NCBI RefSeq assembly: GCF_006345805.1
Contig: NW_021836590.1
Coordinates: 1-36,078, forward strand
From: Octopus sinensis
Taxonomy: Eukaryota
Direction: 5' to 3'
Length of the DNA stretch: 36,078 nucleotides
In this document: piece after piece, positions 1 through 11,375 of the stretch
How positions within the stretch are numbered: the first letter of the stretch is position 1
How the letters are laid out: each line of letters starts with the position of its first letter
Position numbers and translations under genes: made by a program
Notes under the pieces: model-generated
Database searches by the model: none
What the model was told of the DNA's origin: nothing
What the model saw: only the letters and a program-made list of their open reading frames with translations

Positions 1-232
1 AACCCAATTGACTGGAGCGTTTGTGATGTGATCGATGGGCCGCGTTTTTGCAGTCCAAGCAGAATCTTTGACCTATCACCGACCCGTGCTATCGTAACAT
101 TGTTCACAATTGAACCTACCGCATTACTCGGATCAGTGATAGATAAATCAGTAATAGATGAACAATACAAGGTGCCTTTATACAAACTTGTTATACAGCC
201 AAACCTCTTTCTAAACCGTTCGCGGCTTATTT
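1..232 (-). CDS. Possible internal coding exon of an unknown host gene, running off the window start
   Basis: Acceptor-like ttcttttaacatttcttaaaaatcag, then a stop-free frame (ISRERFRKRFGCITSLYKGTLYCSSITDLSITDPSNAVGSIVNNVTIARVGDRSKILLGLQKRGPSITSQTLQSIG) to base 1. An in-frame TAA lies just upstream of the AG. Non-repetitive sequence; no domain recognised. Confidence 0.3.
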
Positions 233-305
233 CTGATTTTTAAGAAATGTTAAAAGAAGACGTGGTGAATTTCAGTCATTCATTCAAATAAATTTCCTGG
301 TCAAG

Positions 306-396
306 AATTAGCGTGTAAGTGGCTGAGTATTCCAGAGACATGTGTGCCTTTAACAGAATCCCACAGAAGAACCAGCGTGACACAGCATGTAACAAA
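306..396 (-). mobile_element. Degenerate fragment of SINE family C
   Basis: gtgtaagtggctgagtattccagagacatgtgtgcctttaac...cagcgtgacacag matches 8776-8847. Confidence 0.7.
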
Positions 397-469
397 CTAT
401 CACTGGTAGTCAAGCGATGGAGGAGAACAAACACAGACACAAACACGCACCACATTTTTACATATCTAT

Positions 470-503
<34 letters not shown>

Positions 504-509
504 ATATGA

Positions 510-795
510 CAGACCAGGCCTTTCGTTTGCTGGGATCAAATCTCATTTGCGGACTCATGAAACACGAACGTCCATCAACTATTCTGCTTATATATCTGTG
601 CACACCTTTCAATGCCATTTATGTCATAAGGTCTCCAGATCTAATCCAGGCCTCAAAAGATATTTTAAGACCCACAAAGATCAGAACTTAACTGCAATTC
701 TTGGTGGTCCAAAATCGGATATGCAATCTATGTGGGTGGCTTTTCAATACATTGTCTGGTTTAAAAAGCCACAAATGTGGTCAGACTCTGCATAA
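510..795 (+). pseudogene. Decayed C2H2 zinc-finger fragment, probably the C-terminus of an RTE-type LINE ORF
   Basis: LSFAGIKSHLRTH, FQCHLCHKVSRSNPGLKRYFKTH and, after a frameshift, [18 protein letters not shown]. Flanked by (TA)n. A C2H2-ZNF pseudogene is the alternative. Confidence 0.55.
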
Positions 796-811
796 GAATA
801 GATAACCACCA

Positions 812-836
812 TAAATATATATATGCATATATATGT

Positions 837-910
<74 letters not shown>

Positions 911-935
911 CACATATATTATACATATAATATAT

Positions 936-1024
<89 letters not shown>
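812..1024. repeat. (TA)n microsatellite
   Basis: Direct reading. Confidence 0.97.
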
Positions 1025-1320
1025 GATGTAAGGTATACTAGCCATTCAATATGGAACCACTAAGGGTGGATGTTACTGTAGCTTGTAGCCCCAAGGGAAC
1101 ATCGTCTCAAGCTACAAGCTACAGTAACACCCACCCTTACTGGTTAGCCATATTGAGATGGCTAGTATACCTTACATTGTCGTGAAGTTACTGTTTACAT
1201 CTCGTTCAGAGATTTATTATTTCTTGCATACAGTTTTTCGAGATCAGTGACGAAAAGTTACTGGAAAAACGATATATAAGGATTTGCATTGGGACTCCCT
1301 TCATCGAAAACTGGTGATTG

Positions 1321-2133
1321 GGGCTCTGGGGTTCGACGAGGACCAGCTTACCAACCTGTTTAAAAAGACTTTCAGGACGGGGTATTTGGATAATTTTCAA
1401 AGATCCCTGGCCTGGCAGTGTTATAGGAATGCTTTACCTGTTCGCGAGAAGTTATCGCGGCACGGAATTTCAGTGCCACCGACATGTCCAAGATGCGGGT
1501 TGGACGATGAAACCGTCCAGCACGCTTTTGTACACTGTCGGCAGTTGTCAGACTTGATAAGTTACGCAGAACACGTGTTATCGCATCTGGGACGAGTACA
1601 GCTGTCGGCTGAGTCTATGATTAAGATGATACCGCCAACTGGACTCTCGAAGGAAGGTGAGGCATGTTTTCACTGCACGGTTGCAGTAGTAAAAGAATGC
1701 ATGTGGCGTACAAGAATGGAAGGAGTCGCAATAGGATCCTTTGTCTCAGGCCCCGGCTTGCTCACTTACTTCAGATATCATCTGAAGAGCAAAATGGGGC
1801 TGCAAAAGAAGACCTTACCACGAGGTGTGTATGAAAAAAGATGGAAGGAAGTGGCGAAAAAGGTGGGTGTCAGAAACCCAGTTTAACTATGGATGGAGAA
1901 GAGGAAAGGAAAGCTGCGGGGCCTTATAGGTTGCGGGGTTTAATATATCGGTAAGATTTCAATCTAATGTAATGTTATATAGTCAATGCAAAGGACAATT
2001 TAAATACAGTTTTTTGTATAATGAATAATCCATATATTGTGGAAATTTTTAAACGAACCACTTAACTGTTTTTTGTATGTATGTCCTGCTTTGTTCTTCT
2101 ATGTACTGATTTTATAATCGTAATAAAGAATTA
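1321..2133 (+). mobile_element. 5'-truncated Tx1/L1-clade LINE (ORF2 C-terminal zf-RVT domain plus 3'UTR)
   Basis: LAWQCYRNALPVREKL...CPRCGLDDETVQHAFVHC zf-RVT motif; stop at 1886; AATAAA near the end; exact 18-bp TSD atcgaaaactggtgattg at 1303-1320 and 2134-2151. Confidence 0.9.
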
Positions 2134-2144
2134 ATCGAAAACTG

Positions 2145-2203
2145 GTGATTGCCGTACGCAGAAGACAGGCAAATACCTAGAAACTGCAGTCCGTGCGAAT
2201 CAC
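2145..2203 (+). ncRNA. Minimal type I hammerhead ribozyme (core variant CAGAAGA)
   Basis: gtgatt-gc-cgtacg CAGAAGA c-agg-caaata-cct-a GAAA c-tgca-g TC cgtgcg-aatcac. Stem I with distal extension, stem II, palindromic stem III loop and GUC site. U4 is mutated to A. Confidence 0.8.
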
Positions 2204-2429
2204 TTAGGTTGACGAGGAAGGGATGACCTCCCTTTGCAAATACCATAAGGGCACAGAAAGTGTGCCTAAAGCCAGCTGGAGACGATGTTCTTCTGGGGAT
2301 ACAAGCTACAGTAACCAGTGGTTAGCCATATTGAGATGGCTAGTATACCTTACATTGTCGTGCAGTTACTGTTTACATCTCGTTCAGAGATTTATTATTG
2401 CTATATATATATATATATATATATATATA

Positions 2430-2803
2430 CGAGGGTGAGTCAAAAAGTAATGCCATTTCGTTTAAGACAGTTATAATTGCCAACACAGGAACATGTATCA
2501 TACATCAAAAAGAAGCTGGTCCTCTGTGGATCAGATCCCTACTTCTCAACATGGTCACTGTTAATCTCAATAGCAATGTTCCACCTTCGAATGAAAGCAT
2601 GTATCCCTGTCCCGTAAAATTCTATTGACTGTTCTTTGAACCACTTTTTCTCTACAGTTTTCACTTCCTCGTCACTGGAATAATTTAATACCTTCAAACT
2701 ATCATCTCTTCGGCCCCATGAAAGAGGGTTTGAGAGGCAGACATTATTCCAGTGACGAGGGAGTGAAAACTGTAGTGAAGAAGTGGTTCAAAGAACAGTC
2801 AAC
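2430..2803 (-). mobile_element. Mariner 3' remnant with internal fold-back
   Basis: TA-cgagggtgagtcaaaaagtaatgcc TIR. Minus-strand YSSDEEVKTVEKKWFKEQSIEFYGTGIHAFIRRWNIAIE; plus-strand YHLFGPMKEGLRGRHYSSDEGVKTVVKKWFKEQS. Confidence 0.85.
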
Positions 2804-2809
2804 ATATAT

Positions 2810-2973
2810 ACGACAGGCTTCTTTCAGTTTCCGTCTACCAAATCTAGTCTCAAGGCTTTGGTTGGGCTGAGGTTATATTAGAAGACACTTGCCCAAGAAA
2901 CCACACAGTGCAACTGAACCTGGAAACATGTGATTGGGAAGCAAGCTTCTTACCACACAGTCGCCTCTGCGCC
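2810..2973 (-). mobile_element. SINE family A (tRNA-like head, CORE-like cttgggcaagtgtcttc), 5' half
   Basis: Matches the 5' part of 9459-9842. Confidence 0.85.
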
Positions 2974-2992
2974 TATGTACGTGTATATATAT

Positions 2993-3397
2993 ACTCTTTT
3001 ACTCTTTTACTTGTTTCAGTCATTTGACTGCGGCCATGCTGGAGCACCGCCTTTAATCGAGCAACTCGACCCCGGGACTTATTCTTTGTAAGCCCAGTAC
3101 TTATTCTATGGGTCACTTTTGCCGAACCGCTAAGTGACGGAGACATAAACACACCAGCATCGGTTGTCAAGCGATATTGCAGGGGGGACAAATACAGACA
3201 CGCAAACATATACACACACATACACATATATATATACATATATACGACGGGCTTCTTTCAGTTTCTGTCTACCAAATCCACTCACAAGGCTTTGGTCGGC
3301 CCGAGGCTATAGTAGAAGACACTTCCCCAAGGTGCCACGCAGTGGGACTGAACCCGGAACCATGTGGTTGGTAAACAAGCTACTTACCACACAGCCT
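2993..3397 (-). mobile_element. SINE family A, near full length
   Basis: Reverse complement of the 9459-9842 family with (gagtaaaa)n tail. Confidence 0.9.
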
Positions 3398-3580
3398 GAC
3401 GATATATTTATGAGAAAACCGTGGCATTTTTTTAAAGAGAGAGAGGGTAGGACGTGATTGGGAGACTCCATAGAGTCTCGCTTATGGCACGTAAATAAAC
3501 CGTCGTTTGACAGACGGGTGAAGCTGTACTTAAGTGTCAAATTCCTGAAGGAAAAGCTACAGTTAAAAGAATATAAGAAA

Positions 3581-3874
3581 TTAAGAATGAAATACGAACG
3601 TGAGGCAAACTTTCCAATGAGTAGCTACTGCGGTAGCAACTTTACAGTTAGCATCGACAAAATATATAGGAAATATGAGAGCAGAGAATGGAGAAAGAAG
3701 CGCCATTACAGTTGTCTTTGTAGCACCACCTTCTTTTCTTCTGACACCATCATTATCACCATCACCATCATCATCATCAGTATCAACATAGCCATTATCT
3801 TCGTCATCATCACCATCATCATCATCATCATCATCATCATCAGTAACAACATAGCCATTATCTTCGCCATCACC

Positions 3875-3906
<32 letters not shown>

Positions 3907-4320
3907 CATTATCATCATCATCATCATCATCATCATCAATATCAGTATCAACATAGCCATTATCTTCGTCATCACCATCATCATCCTCCTCATCATCATC
4001 ATCATCAATATCAGTATCAATATAGCCATTATCTTCGTCATTACCATCATCATCATCATCATCATCATCAATATCAGTATCAACATAGCCATTATCTTCG
4101 TCATCACCATCATCATCCTCATCATCATCATCATCATCAATATCAGTATCAACATAGCCATTATCTTCGTCATCATCACCATTATCATCATCATCATCGT
4201 CATCATCATCGTCATCATCATCCTCATCATCATCATTATCATCATCATCTTCATCTTCATCATCATCATCATCATCATCATCATAAACATTATCATCATC
4301 ATCATCATCATCATCATGAA

Positions 4321-4359
<39 letters not shown>

Positions 4360-4465
4360 CATCATCATCATCATCTTCATCTTCATCATCTTCATCATCA
4401 TCATCATCTGTAGCTGCAGCAGCAGCTTCAGCATCTTCGGCAAATTGGATTGAGTGGCGAATGAC
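3581..4465 (-). CDS. Candidate Asp-rich exon (294 codons), absent from the ORF track
   Basis: ttctacttttatag|GTC acceptor, then VIRHSIQFAEDAEAAAAATDDDDDEDD...(DEDNGYVDTDIDDD)n...GVRRKEGGATKTTVMALLSPFSALIFPIYF...; no stop until 3583-3581. Could also be only a triplet microsatellite. Confidence 0.3.
3745..4408. repeat. (ATC)n array with a higher-order ~60-nt unit containing atcagtatcaacatagccattatcttcg
   Basis: About six copies of the insert between 3777 and 4170; triplet frame preserved throughout. Confidence 0.95.
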
Positions 4466-4884
4466 CTATAAAAGTAGAATTGGTATTCAGCTGGAAATTG
4501 TCATGTTCTGCAGATAATTGGGTCCTCCTTTCCCCTAATATCTCAACACAGAAAAGAAAAAAAAATGGACAAAAAAAGAGTAAAAAAAATAATGAGAAAT
4601 GACCAAACAAGAACGAAATATCGAAGACTCAAGGAACGACGCGACGACGACGACGACGACGACGGTGACCGTGACGATGACGATGACGATGATGAGATGA
4701 TGATGGTGGTGGTGGTGGTGGTGGTGGTTGCGATAAGGATGACGACGATGATGCCTGAACTTTAGAAATATTGAGGTTCGAAGGCTTGCAGGAATTTATA
4801 TAAGCAACTCAATATTATTTCCACTTGGTAATTCTTTCATTCAGTCTTATTTTCGTTTACACACACATAACACACACACACACA

Positions 4885-4886
<2 letters not shown>

Positions 4887-4944
<58 letters not shown>

Positions 4945-5201
4945 ATATATATAGAGAGAGAGAGAGAAAGAGAGAGAGCGGGACAGAGAGAAAGATTATT
5001 TGCCAACATGCATACATATATATATGCATATATATATACATATGTATACATATATATATATACACATATATATATATATATATATATACATATATATATT
5101 CATATATATATATATATATACATATACTATATTTATATACATATACATATATATATAACATATACATTATTTATTACATATACATATATATCTATATATA
5201 T

Positions 5202-5281
<80 letters not shown>

Positions 5282-5345
5282 TATATACATATATATATAT
5301 ATACATATATAAATTATATACCATATACATATTATATATCTTACA
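4887..5345. repeat. Compound (CT)n/(GA)n/(TA)n microsatellite
   Basis: Direct reading. Confidence 0.95.
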
Positions 5346-5891
5346 TATCTATAATAAGAATCCTGAAGCACCTTCAGGCTCTTATTAAATCAAACCACAT
5401 AAATTCAGGGAGTTCACTCTGGAGCCTCAGATCGGGACCCTGTCCCTTCATTGTTTCTCATTCTTTCATCTTTCTTTTTTTCTTTTTTTTTTCTTTTTTT
5501 TTTCTATTTCACATTAAACTCGATCCCAGTTCTTTCTCAAAATACTGTTATAACTAATAGAAATTTAGTAATAAAGAGAACATTTACATCAGACCAACAC
5601 AGAGTGCCGAAAGACACTTCACTGACGAATTAACTGTTCCATCAATCTACAACTATCGCCAGCTATTTTCCTTTATCGATGCCAGAATGATAAATGGCAA
5701 GACTTGAACCCAGTGAGACTTCAACTCATACAAATATAAAAAGCAGAAAGAAACAGCACTAAGCTATCGAACACTCCATATCTTCTGATTCTCAACCTTA
5801 TGCATACATACGTATATGCATGTATGTATGTATGTATGTATGTATGTATGTATGTATGTATGTATGTATGTATGTATATATGTATGTATGT

Positions 5892-6082
5892 CGATTTCTC
5901 CCCTAGATTCAAGACTCCTTCCTTGGAATTTCAACATCAATGACACGGTATTTTTGTATGTATGTATGTCATTATTCGGTTTATTTCAAGTTTCCTTGCC
6001 AACAGAGAAAGAACCACTTTCTGACCTAGATTCAAGACTCCTTCATCGGCATTTCAGCATCAACAACAGGGTATTTTTTGTT
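5892..6082 (-). mobile_element. Two tandem copies (partial and full) of a ~110-bp (TATG)n-embedded repeat with degenerate hammerhead-like core
   Basis: cctagattcaagactccttc shared by both; inverted third copy at 6722-6836. Confidence 0.65.
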
Positions 6083-6160
6083 TATATGCATGTATGTGTG
6101 TATGCATGCATGTATGTATGTATGCACGTAAGTATGTATGTATGTATGTGTGTATGTATG

Positions 6161-6290
6161 TTGAAGAGCGTAGGCTCGAAACGTAAAAGACTTGTTTTAT
6201 TTATATTCCTGAGCGCCATACTAATACAATTGTTTGTTTGTATTCCACCTGCCTTCGTCTTTTGTTTATTTTCATAAAGCTTCCCATTAT
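6161..6290 (+). mobile_element. Short insert in (TATG)n starting with a hammerhead-like remnant
   Basis: tTGAAGA gcgtaggctc GAAA c GTA aaaga; 5' stem I is missing. Confidence 0.45.
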
Positions 6291-6344
6291 GTATATATGT
6301 ATGTATGCATGCATGCATGCATGCATGTAAGTATGTATGTATGT

Positions 6345-6582
6345 ATAGATTTGTATGTTTTGCTTTATGTATGTATTCTCTTACATATAGTTACATATCT
6401 AGATATGCTCACATATATTTAATTAATAAACTTCGGGAAAGTTTCACAGATTTTTACAGTTCCAGTGATCTATAGTCTTCGAATTAGCTTTCTCCTTTCT
6501 CTTTTGAAAAGCCTAATTTCTCAAGATTGGAATTTCGGCTGCGTGTTACATATCCCAAGGCCCCAATAATTACAGGTATTCA
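6345..6582 (-). mobile_element. 3' end of an RLE-type (R4/Dong-like) non-LTR retrotransposon
   Basis: IPVIIGALGYVTRSRNSNLEKLGFSK...KLIRRL...GTVKICETF; homologous to 10900-11275; 3' end runs into (CATA)n. Confidence 0.75.
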
Positions 6583-6721
6583 AAAGAACTTCAAAAGAAA
6601 ATATACATACATACATACATGCATACATACATACACACACACAGATACATACGTGCATACATACATACATTCATACATACATACATACATACATACATAC
6701 ATACATACATACATACATACA

Positions 6722-6836
6722 ACAAAAAAATACCCTGTTGTTGATGTTGAAATTCCAATGAAGGAGCCTTGAATCTAGGTTAGAAACCGGCTCTTTCTCT
6801 ATTGGCAAGAAATTTTGAAATAAAACTGAACAATGA
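6722..6836 (+). mobile_element. Inverted copy of the ~110-bp (CATA)n-embedded repeat
   Basis: Reverse-complement homology to 5970-6082. Confidence 0.7.
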
Positions 6837-7053
6837 TATATATATTTATGAATGTGTGTATGTATATGTGTGCGTCTGTGTTTGTTCATGTAACTTTGCG
6901 GTTCGACAATAGAACCAATAAAATGAACACCAGACTTAAAGTACTGGATTTGACTCAAACCCTTAAAGCAGTGTCCCAGTATGGCCACAGTTCAATGATT
7001 AAAACAAGTAAAAGGGAAATCATAAAAATATGAAAAAGATAAAAACAAATATA

Positions 7054-8332
7054 CGAGGGGGTACCCAAAAGAAACCGGAATTTTGCGATATTATTTTATT
7101 CACTTAGTTCTAAATAATCGGCACAGGAGTGGCTGTGAAGGAAGTAGCTTGCTTACCAACCACATGGTTCCGGGTTCAGTCCCACTGCGTGGCGCTTTGG
7201 GCAAGTGTCTTCTACTATAGCCTCGGGCCGACCAAAGCCTTGTGAGTGGATTTGCTAGACGGAAACTGAAAGAAGCCCGTCGTATATATGTATATGTATA
7301 TATGTATGTGTGGTGTGTGTGTTTGTGTGTATGTGTTTGTCCTCCAACATCGCTTGACAACCGATGCTGGTGTGTTTATGTCCCCGTCACTTAGCGGTTC
7401 GGCAAGATAAACCGATAGAATAAGTACTAGGCTTCCAAAGAATAAGTCCTGAGGTCGATTTGCTCGACTAAAGGCGGTGCTCCAGCATGGCCGCAGTCAA
7501 ATGACTAAAACAAGTATATCGCCTCCAAAGTATTCTCCATTTGAAGCAAAGCATCGGTCCAGGTGCGTTTTTCCACTATTCGAAGCAGTGCTGGAACTTC
7601 TGTCAAGTGAGGCCATTTAACGCCTCCGTCGTTTTTCTCTTCACCTCTTCCACATCTGCAAATTCCGTAGCACCAGCTTTCATCACCAGTGGTGACCTTT
7701 GAAAAACGGCCCGGATCAACTTGCAACTTTTCTTTCAGTTCACGAGACGCATTCAGTCAGTGACTGCTTTTGATCTTCCGTGAGCAAGCGAGGCACAAAT
7801 TTTGCTGCAACGTTTTTCATTCGTAATTCCTCGTTCAAAATTCGTTGACAATCATATAAACAAGTTTGTCAATTGTTCGGTGACGGTCCTCCAAGATCAG
7901 TTCATGAATTTTCATGATGTTTTCATTCGTTCGGGACGTCAATGGTCGTTCTGAATGAGTTTGGTCTTCAAGCGACAAGGAACCATTCCTTAAGCATGAA
8001 AACCACTCGTAAACTTGTGTTTTGCTCATGGCAGCTTCCTTATAAGCTGTTTGAAGCATGGCAACTGTTTCGGTCGCCATTTCCCCCAGCAGAAAACAGA
8101 ATTTCACAGATGTACGCTGTTTCTTCGTTTCAGGCATCGCAAAAATCGATGAACAGAGGAGGAACACTTCAAAATAAAGATGTACCATGTGGCAGTACGA
8201 ATACACACGACGACACCGGCCGCAAGACTGATGCCTGAGGGTCACATCAAGTAGCTTCTAGCGGCAGAAGCCTGAACTACAACGAGCTTGTCTCCCACAG
8301 TAACGTTTCCGGTTACTTTTGTGTACCGCTCG
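7054..8332 (-). mobile_element. Internally deleted mariner transposon carrying a nested SINE
   Basis: TA-flanked TIRs cgagggggtacccaaaagaaaccggaa / ttccggttacttttgtgtaccgctcg. HTH region QRTSVKFCFLLGEMATETVAMLQTAYKEAAMSKTQVYEWF; catalytic motif KVTTGDESWCYG. Confidence 0.92.
7119..7514 (+). mobile_element. SINE family A nested in the mariner
   Basis: Full match to family A. Confidence 0.9.
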
Positions 8333-8692
8333 TACCTCTAACACAGATGATTTTTTTATTACCCACAAGGGGTTATACACAGAATGGGACAATACAAACA
8401 GGACAAACGTAAAATCGGGGAACTTAAAATACAAAAAGAAGATGAATTAAGACGAAAAAATTAAAGAAATTAATGAAAATATGAAAAGATATAAATGAGG
8501 CGCAATGCCCACTCGAACTCCGAAGTCGAGTAGTTACATTTCGACAATTTTTTCCTTTTTCATAAAGGAATTTCACACCTCGTACCTCTGACATTGAATG
8601 GAGACATTTCAAAGGAATAATGTTTGAAAAAGAAATTATACAGAATTGAAACATTATCGCAATAATAATCAAAAAGGAATCAACAGAACTAA

Positions 8693-9075
8693 TGGATGGA
8701 AGCACTCCGTCGGTTACGACGACGAGGGTTCCGGTTGATCCGAATCAACGGAACAGCCTGCTCGTGAAATTAACGTGTAAGTGGCTGAGCACTCCACAGA
8801 CACGTGTACCTTTAACGTAGTCCTCGGGGATATTCAGCGTGACACAGAGAGTGACAAGGCCGGCCCTTTGAAATACAGGTACAACAGAAACAGGAAGTAA
8901 GAGAAAGTTGTGGTGAAATAGTACAGCAGGGATCACCACCATCCCCTGCCGGAGCCTCGTGGAGCTTTTAGGTGTTTTCACTCAATAAACACTCACAACG
9001 CCCGGTCTGGGAATCGAAACCGCGATCCTATGACCGCGAGTCCGCTGCCCTAACCACTGGGCCATTGCGCCTCCA
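8693..9075 (-). mobile_element. SINE family C, full length, with TSD
   Basis: tRNA-like head with A box (tggcccagtgg) and B box (ggtttcgattcc); 12-bp TSD caacagaactaa at 8681-8692 and 9076-9087. Confidence 0.92.
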
Positions 9076-9458
9076 CAACAGAACTAAACAAAATCCTGGC
9101 TATCATATGCAAAATAATTGACACGAAGTATCAAGTATTTATTATATCGAAAAGAATTAGAAAATGTTAAGCAAGAAAATTAAGTCACTTTTTGTTGTAA
9201 TTTTTTTTTTTTGTACATATGAAGTCTGAGATACAATTTTAGGGGCAATGTTATTTAATTAGTTTTTTTTTTTTGTGTCTGATGTCAAATTATACTTGGT
9301 TATAAATTGTCAATCCTGAGTTTTAACAGAAACTAGTAATCAGAAAGATAATACGTTCGCCGACGCTGCCTATCATAAGATATATAACAAAACAACGAAG
9401 GAGAACAGCATACGGTATTTGAAGTTGCTATATATATAGTGAAGTTGCTATATATATA

Positions 9459-9842
9459 GGCGCAGGAGTGGCTGTGTGGTAAGTAGCTTGCTAACCAACC
9501 ACATGGTTCCGGGTTCAGTCCCACTGCGTGGCATCTTGGGCAAGTGTCTTCTGCTATAGCCCCGAGCCGACCAATGCCTTGTGAGTGGATTTGGTAGACG
9601 GAAACTGAAAGAAGCCTGTCGTATATATGTATATATATGTGTGCTGTCTGTGTTTGTCTGTATATGGTGGTGTGTTTACGTCCCCGTCACATTAGCGGTT
9701 CGGCAAAAGAGACCGATAGTAGAATAAGTACTGGGCTTACAAAGAATAAGTCCCGGGGTCGATTTGCTCGACTAAAGGCGGTGCCCCAGCATGGCCGCAG
9801 TCAAATGACTGAAACAAGTAAAAGAGTAAAAGAGTAAAAGAG
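9459..9842 (+). mobile_element. SINE family A, full length
   Basis: Head tggctgtgtggtaag...gggttcagtccc (A/B boxes), internal TA/TG repeat, gagtaaaa tail. Confidence 0.92.
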
Positions 9843-9856
9843 AGTGTGTATAAAAA

Positions 9857-10087
9857 GGCGGCGAGCTGGCAGAAACGTTAGCACGCCGGGCGAAATGCGT
9901 AGCCGTATTTCGTCTGCCGTTACGTTCTGAGTTCAAATCCCGCCGAGGTCGACTTTGCCTTTCATCCTTTCGGGGTCGATAAATTAAGTACCAGTTACGC
10001 ACTGGTGTCAATGTAATCGACTTAACCCGTTTGTCTGTCCTTGTTTGTCCCCTCTGTGTTTAGCCCCTTGTGGGTAGTAAAGAAATA
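9857..10087 (+). mobile_element. SINE family B (Meta-domain-like gcctttcatcctttcggggtcgataaa)
   Basis: Head ggcggcgagctggcagaa...gagttcaaat; seven copies in the window. Confidence 0.9.
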
Positions 10088-10196
10088 TATATATATATAT
10101 ATAGTGTGTATATGTGTATGTGTACGTGTGTGTGTGTCTGTATATGTGTGTGTATGTATATATATATATGTATATATGTATATCCCTTTTACCTAT

Positions 10197-10430
10197 TACT
10201 TAGTCGAGCAAAGCGACCCCAAGACTTATTCTTTGTAAGACTAGTACTTATTCTATCGGTCTCTTTTGCCAAACCGCTAAGTTACGAGGACGTAAACACA
10301 CCAGCATCGGTTGTCAAGCGATTTGGGGTGAGGGGACACAAACACAGATACACAAACACACACACGCATATATATACATATACATATGTACGACGGTCTT
10401 CTTCCAGTTTCCGTCTACGAAATCCACTCA
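10197..10430 (-). mobile_element. SINE family A, internal fragment
   Basis: Homology to family A. Confidence 0.8.
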
Positions 10431-10899
10431 TACATATCTTTATGTATATATATATATGTATATGTATGTGTGTGTATATAGATATATATATATATATATA
10501 TATATATACGTACAAAATATGGGGTTTAGTTCACAGGTGATCTAAACGACTAGCTATGCTAGGTAAATGCTGTAACGGATTACTGGGGTTCCAAGGTTAT
10601 AGCCGAGACAGGAGTTATGGAACCATTGTAGATTTCCGATACAAGTCGGATATATAATTGGTAAAGAGGACAATAAACGTTAAGGCAAGACAAACATCAA
10701 GTCATATAAGTTATTATTATTGGAAAAATTTAAAGTCTTACAGCTGTTTCTGGGATATCCCAGAGTATGTATGTATGTATGTATATATGTATGTAAGTAT
10801 GTGTGTGTGTATGTATGTATGTATGTATGTAAGTATGTATGTATGTATGTATGTATGTATGTATGTATGTATGTATGTATGCATGTATGTATGTAGGTG

Positions 10900-11275
10900 C
10901 ATATTTGTATGTTTTATGTATGTATTCTCATGCATATAGTTACATATCTAGACATGCTCATATATATTTAAATGATAAACTTCTGAAAAGTTTTACAGAC
11001 TTTTATAGTTCCAATGATGGATTGGATCTGTAGTCTTCGAATTAGCTTTCTCTTTCGTGGTTTCGAGAAGCCTGATTTCTCAAGATTGGTATCTATTGCA
11101 GGGTCCCAATGATTACAGGTATAAATCTGAACTTGTAATCTGGATAGAGTAACTGCAGATTTCTCAATAGTTCGGCGTAGGTGTTCTCTTTCTCACTGAT
11201 TTCAGCTTTATGTCAACATCCACTAGGCAGCTAATATTCATAATTGGGCACAGTTTCTCTTCTCTATCCCAGTAT
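10900..11275 (-). mobile_element. 3' end of an RLE-type (R4/Dong-like) LINE
   Basis: WDREEKLCPIMNISCLVDVDIKLK/SEKENTYAELLRNLQLLYPDYKFRFIPVIIGTL...KLIRRLQIQSIIGTIKVCKTFQKFII*, a restriction-like endonuclease pattern. Abuts (TATG)n at 10765-10895. Confidence 0.8.
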
Positions 11276-11375
11276 GTATATATGTATTATGTATACCTAG
11301 TCCATAAAGTCATGGTGGGATTTCAAAACTATTTATTGATATAACTGGCATTACTTTGCGGGTACACTGTATACA

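Larger units (their letters stand above)
1026..2401 (+). mobile_element. Hammerhead-bearing non-autonomous retrozyme/Penelope-like element 1, interrupted by a Tx1 LINE
   Basis: Inverted arm 1026-1113; direct terminal redundancy 1111-1221 vs 2300-2399; HHR at 2145-2203; (TA)n on both sides. Unit is ~350 nt after removing the LINE. Confidence 0.75.

Noticed and set aside
3164-3457. Recurrent ORFs such as RRASFSFRLPNPLTRLWSARGYSRRH and MRNWYLIYRPRKDERQSRPRR
   Set aside because: Incidental frames inside SINE families A and B.
3777-4170. CRISPR-like ~30-bp repeat with spacers
   Set aside because: Spacers are (ATC)n rather than unique, there are no cas genes, and the context is eukaryotic.
3458-4453. 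331-aa poly-Ile ORF (+) and 245-aa poly-Met ORF (-)
   Set aside because: Both are readings of the (ATC)n repeat and implausible as proteins; only the Asp frame has a splice-site argument.
9005-9075. tRNA gene
   Set aside because: tRNA-derived SINE head continuous with a SINE body and bounded by a TSD; no clean cloverleaf.
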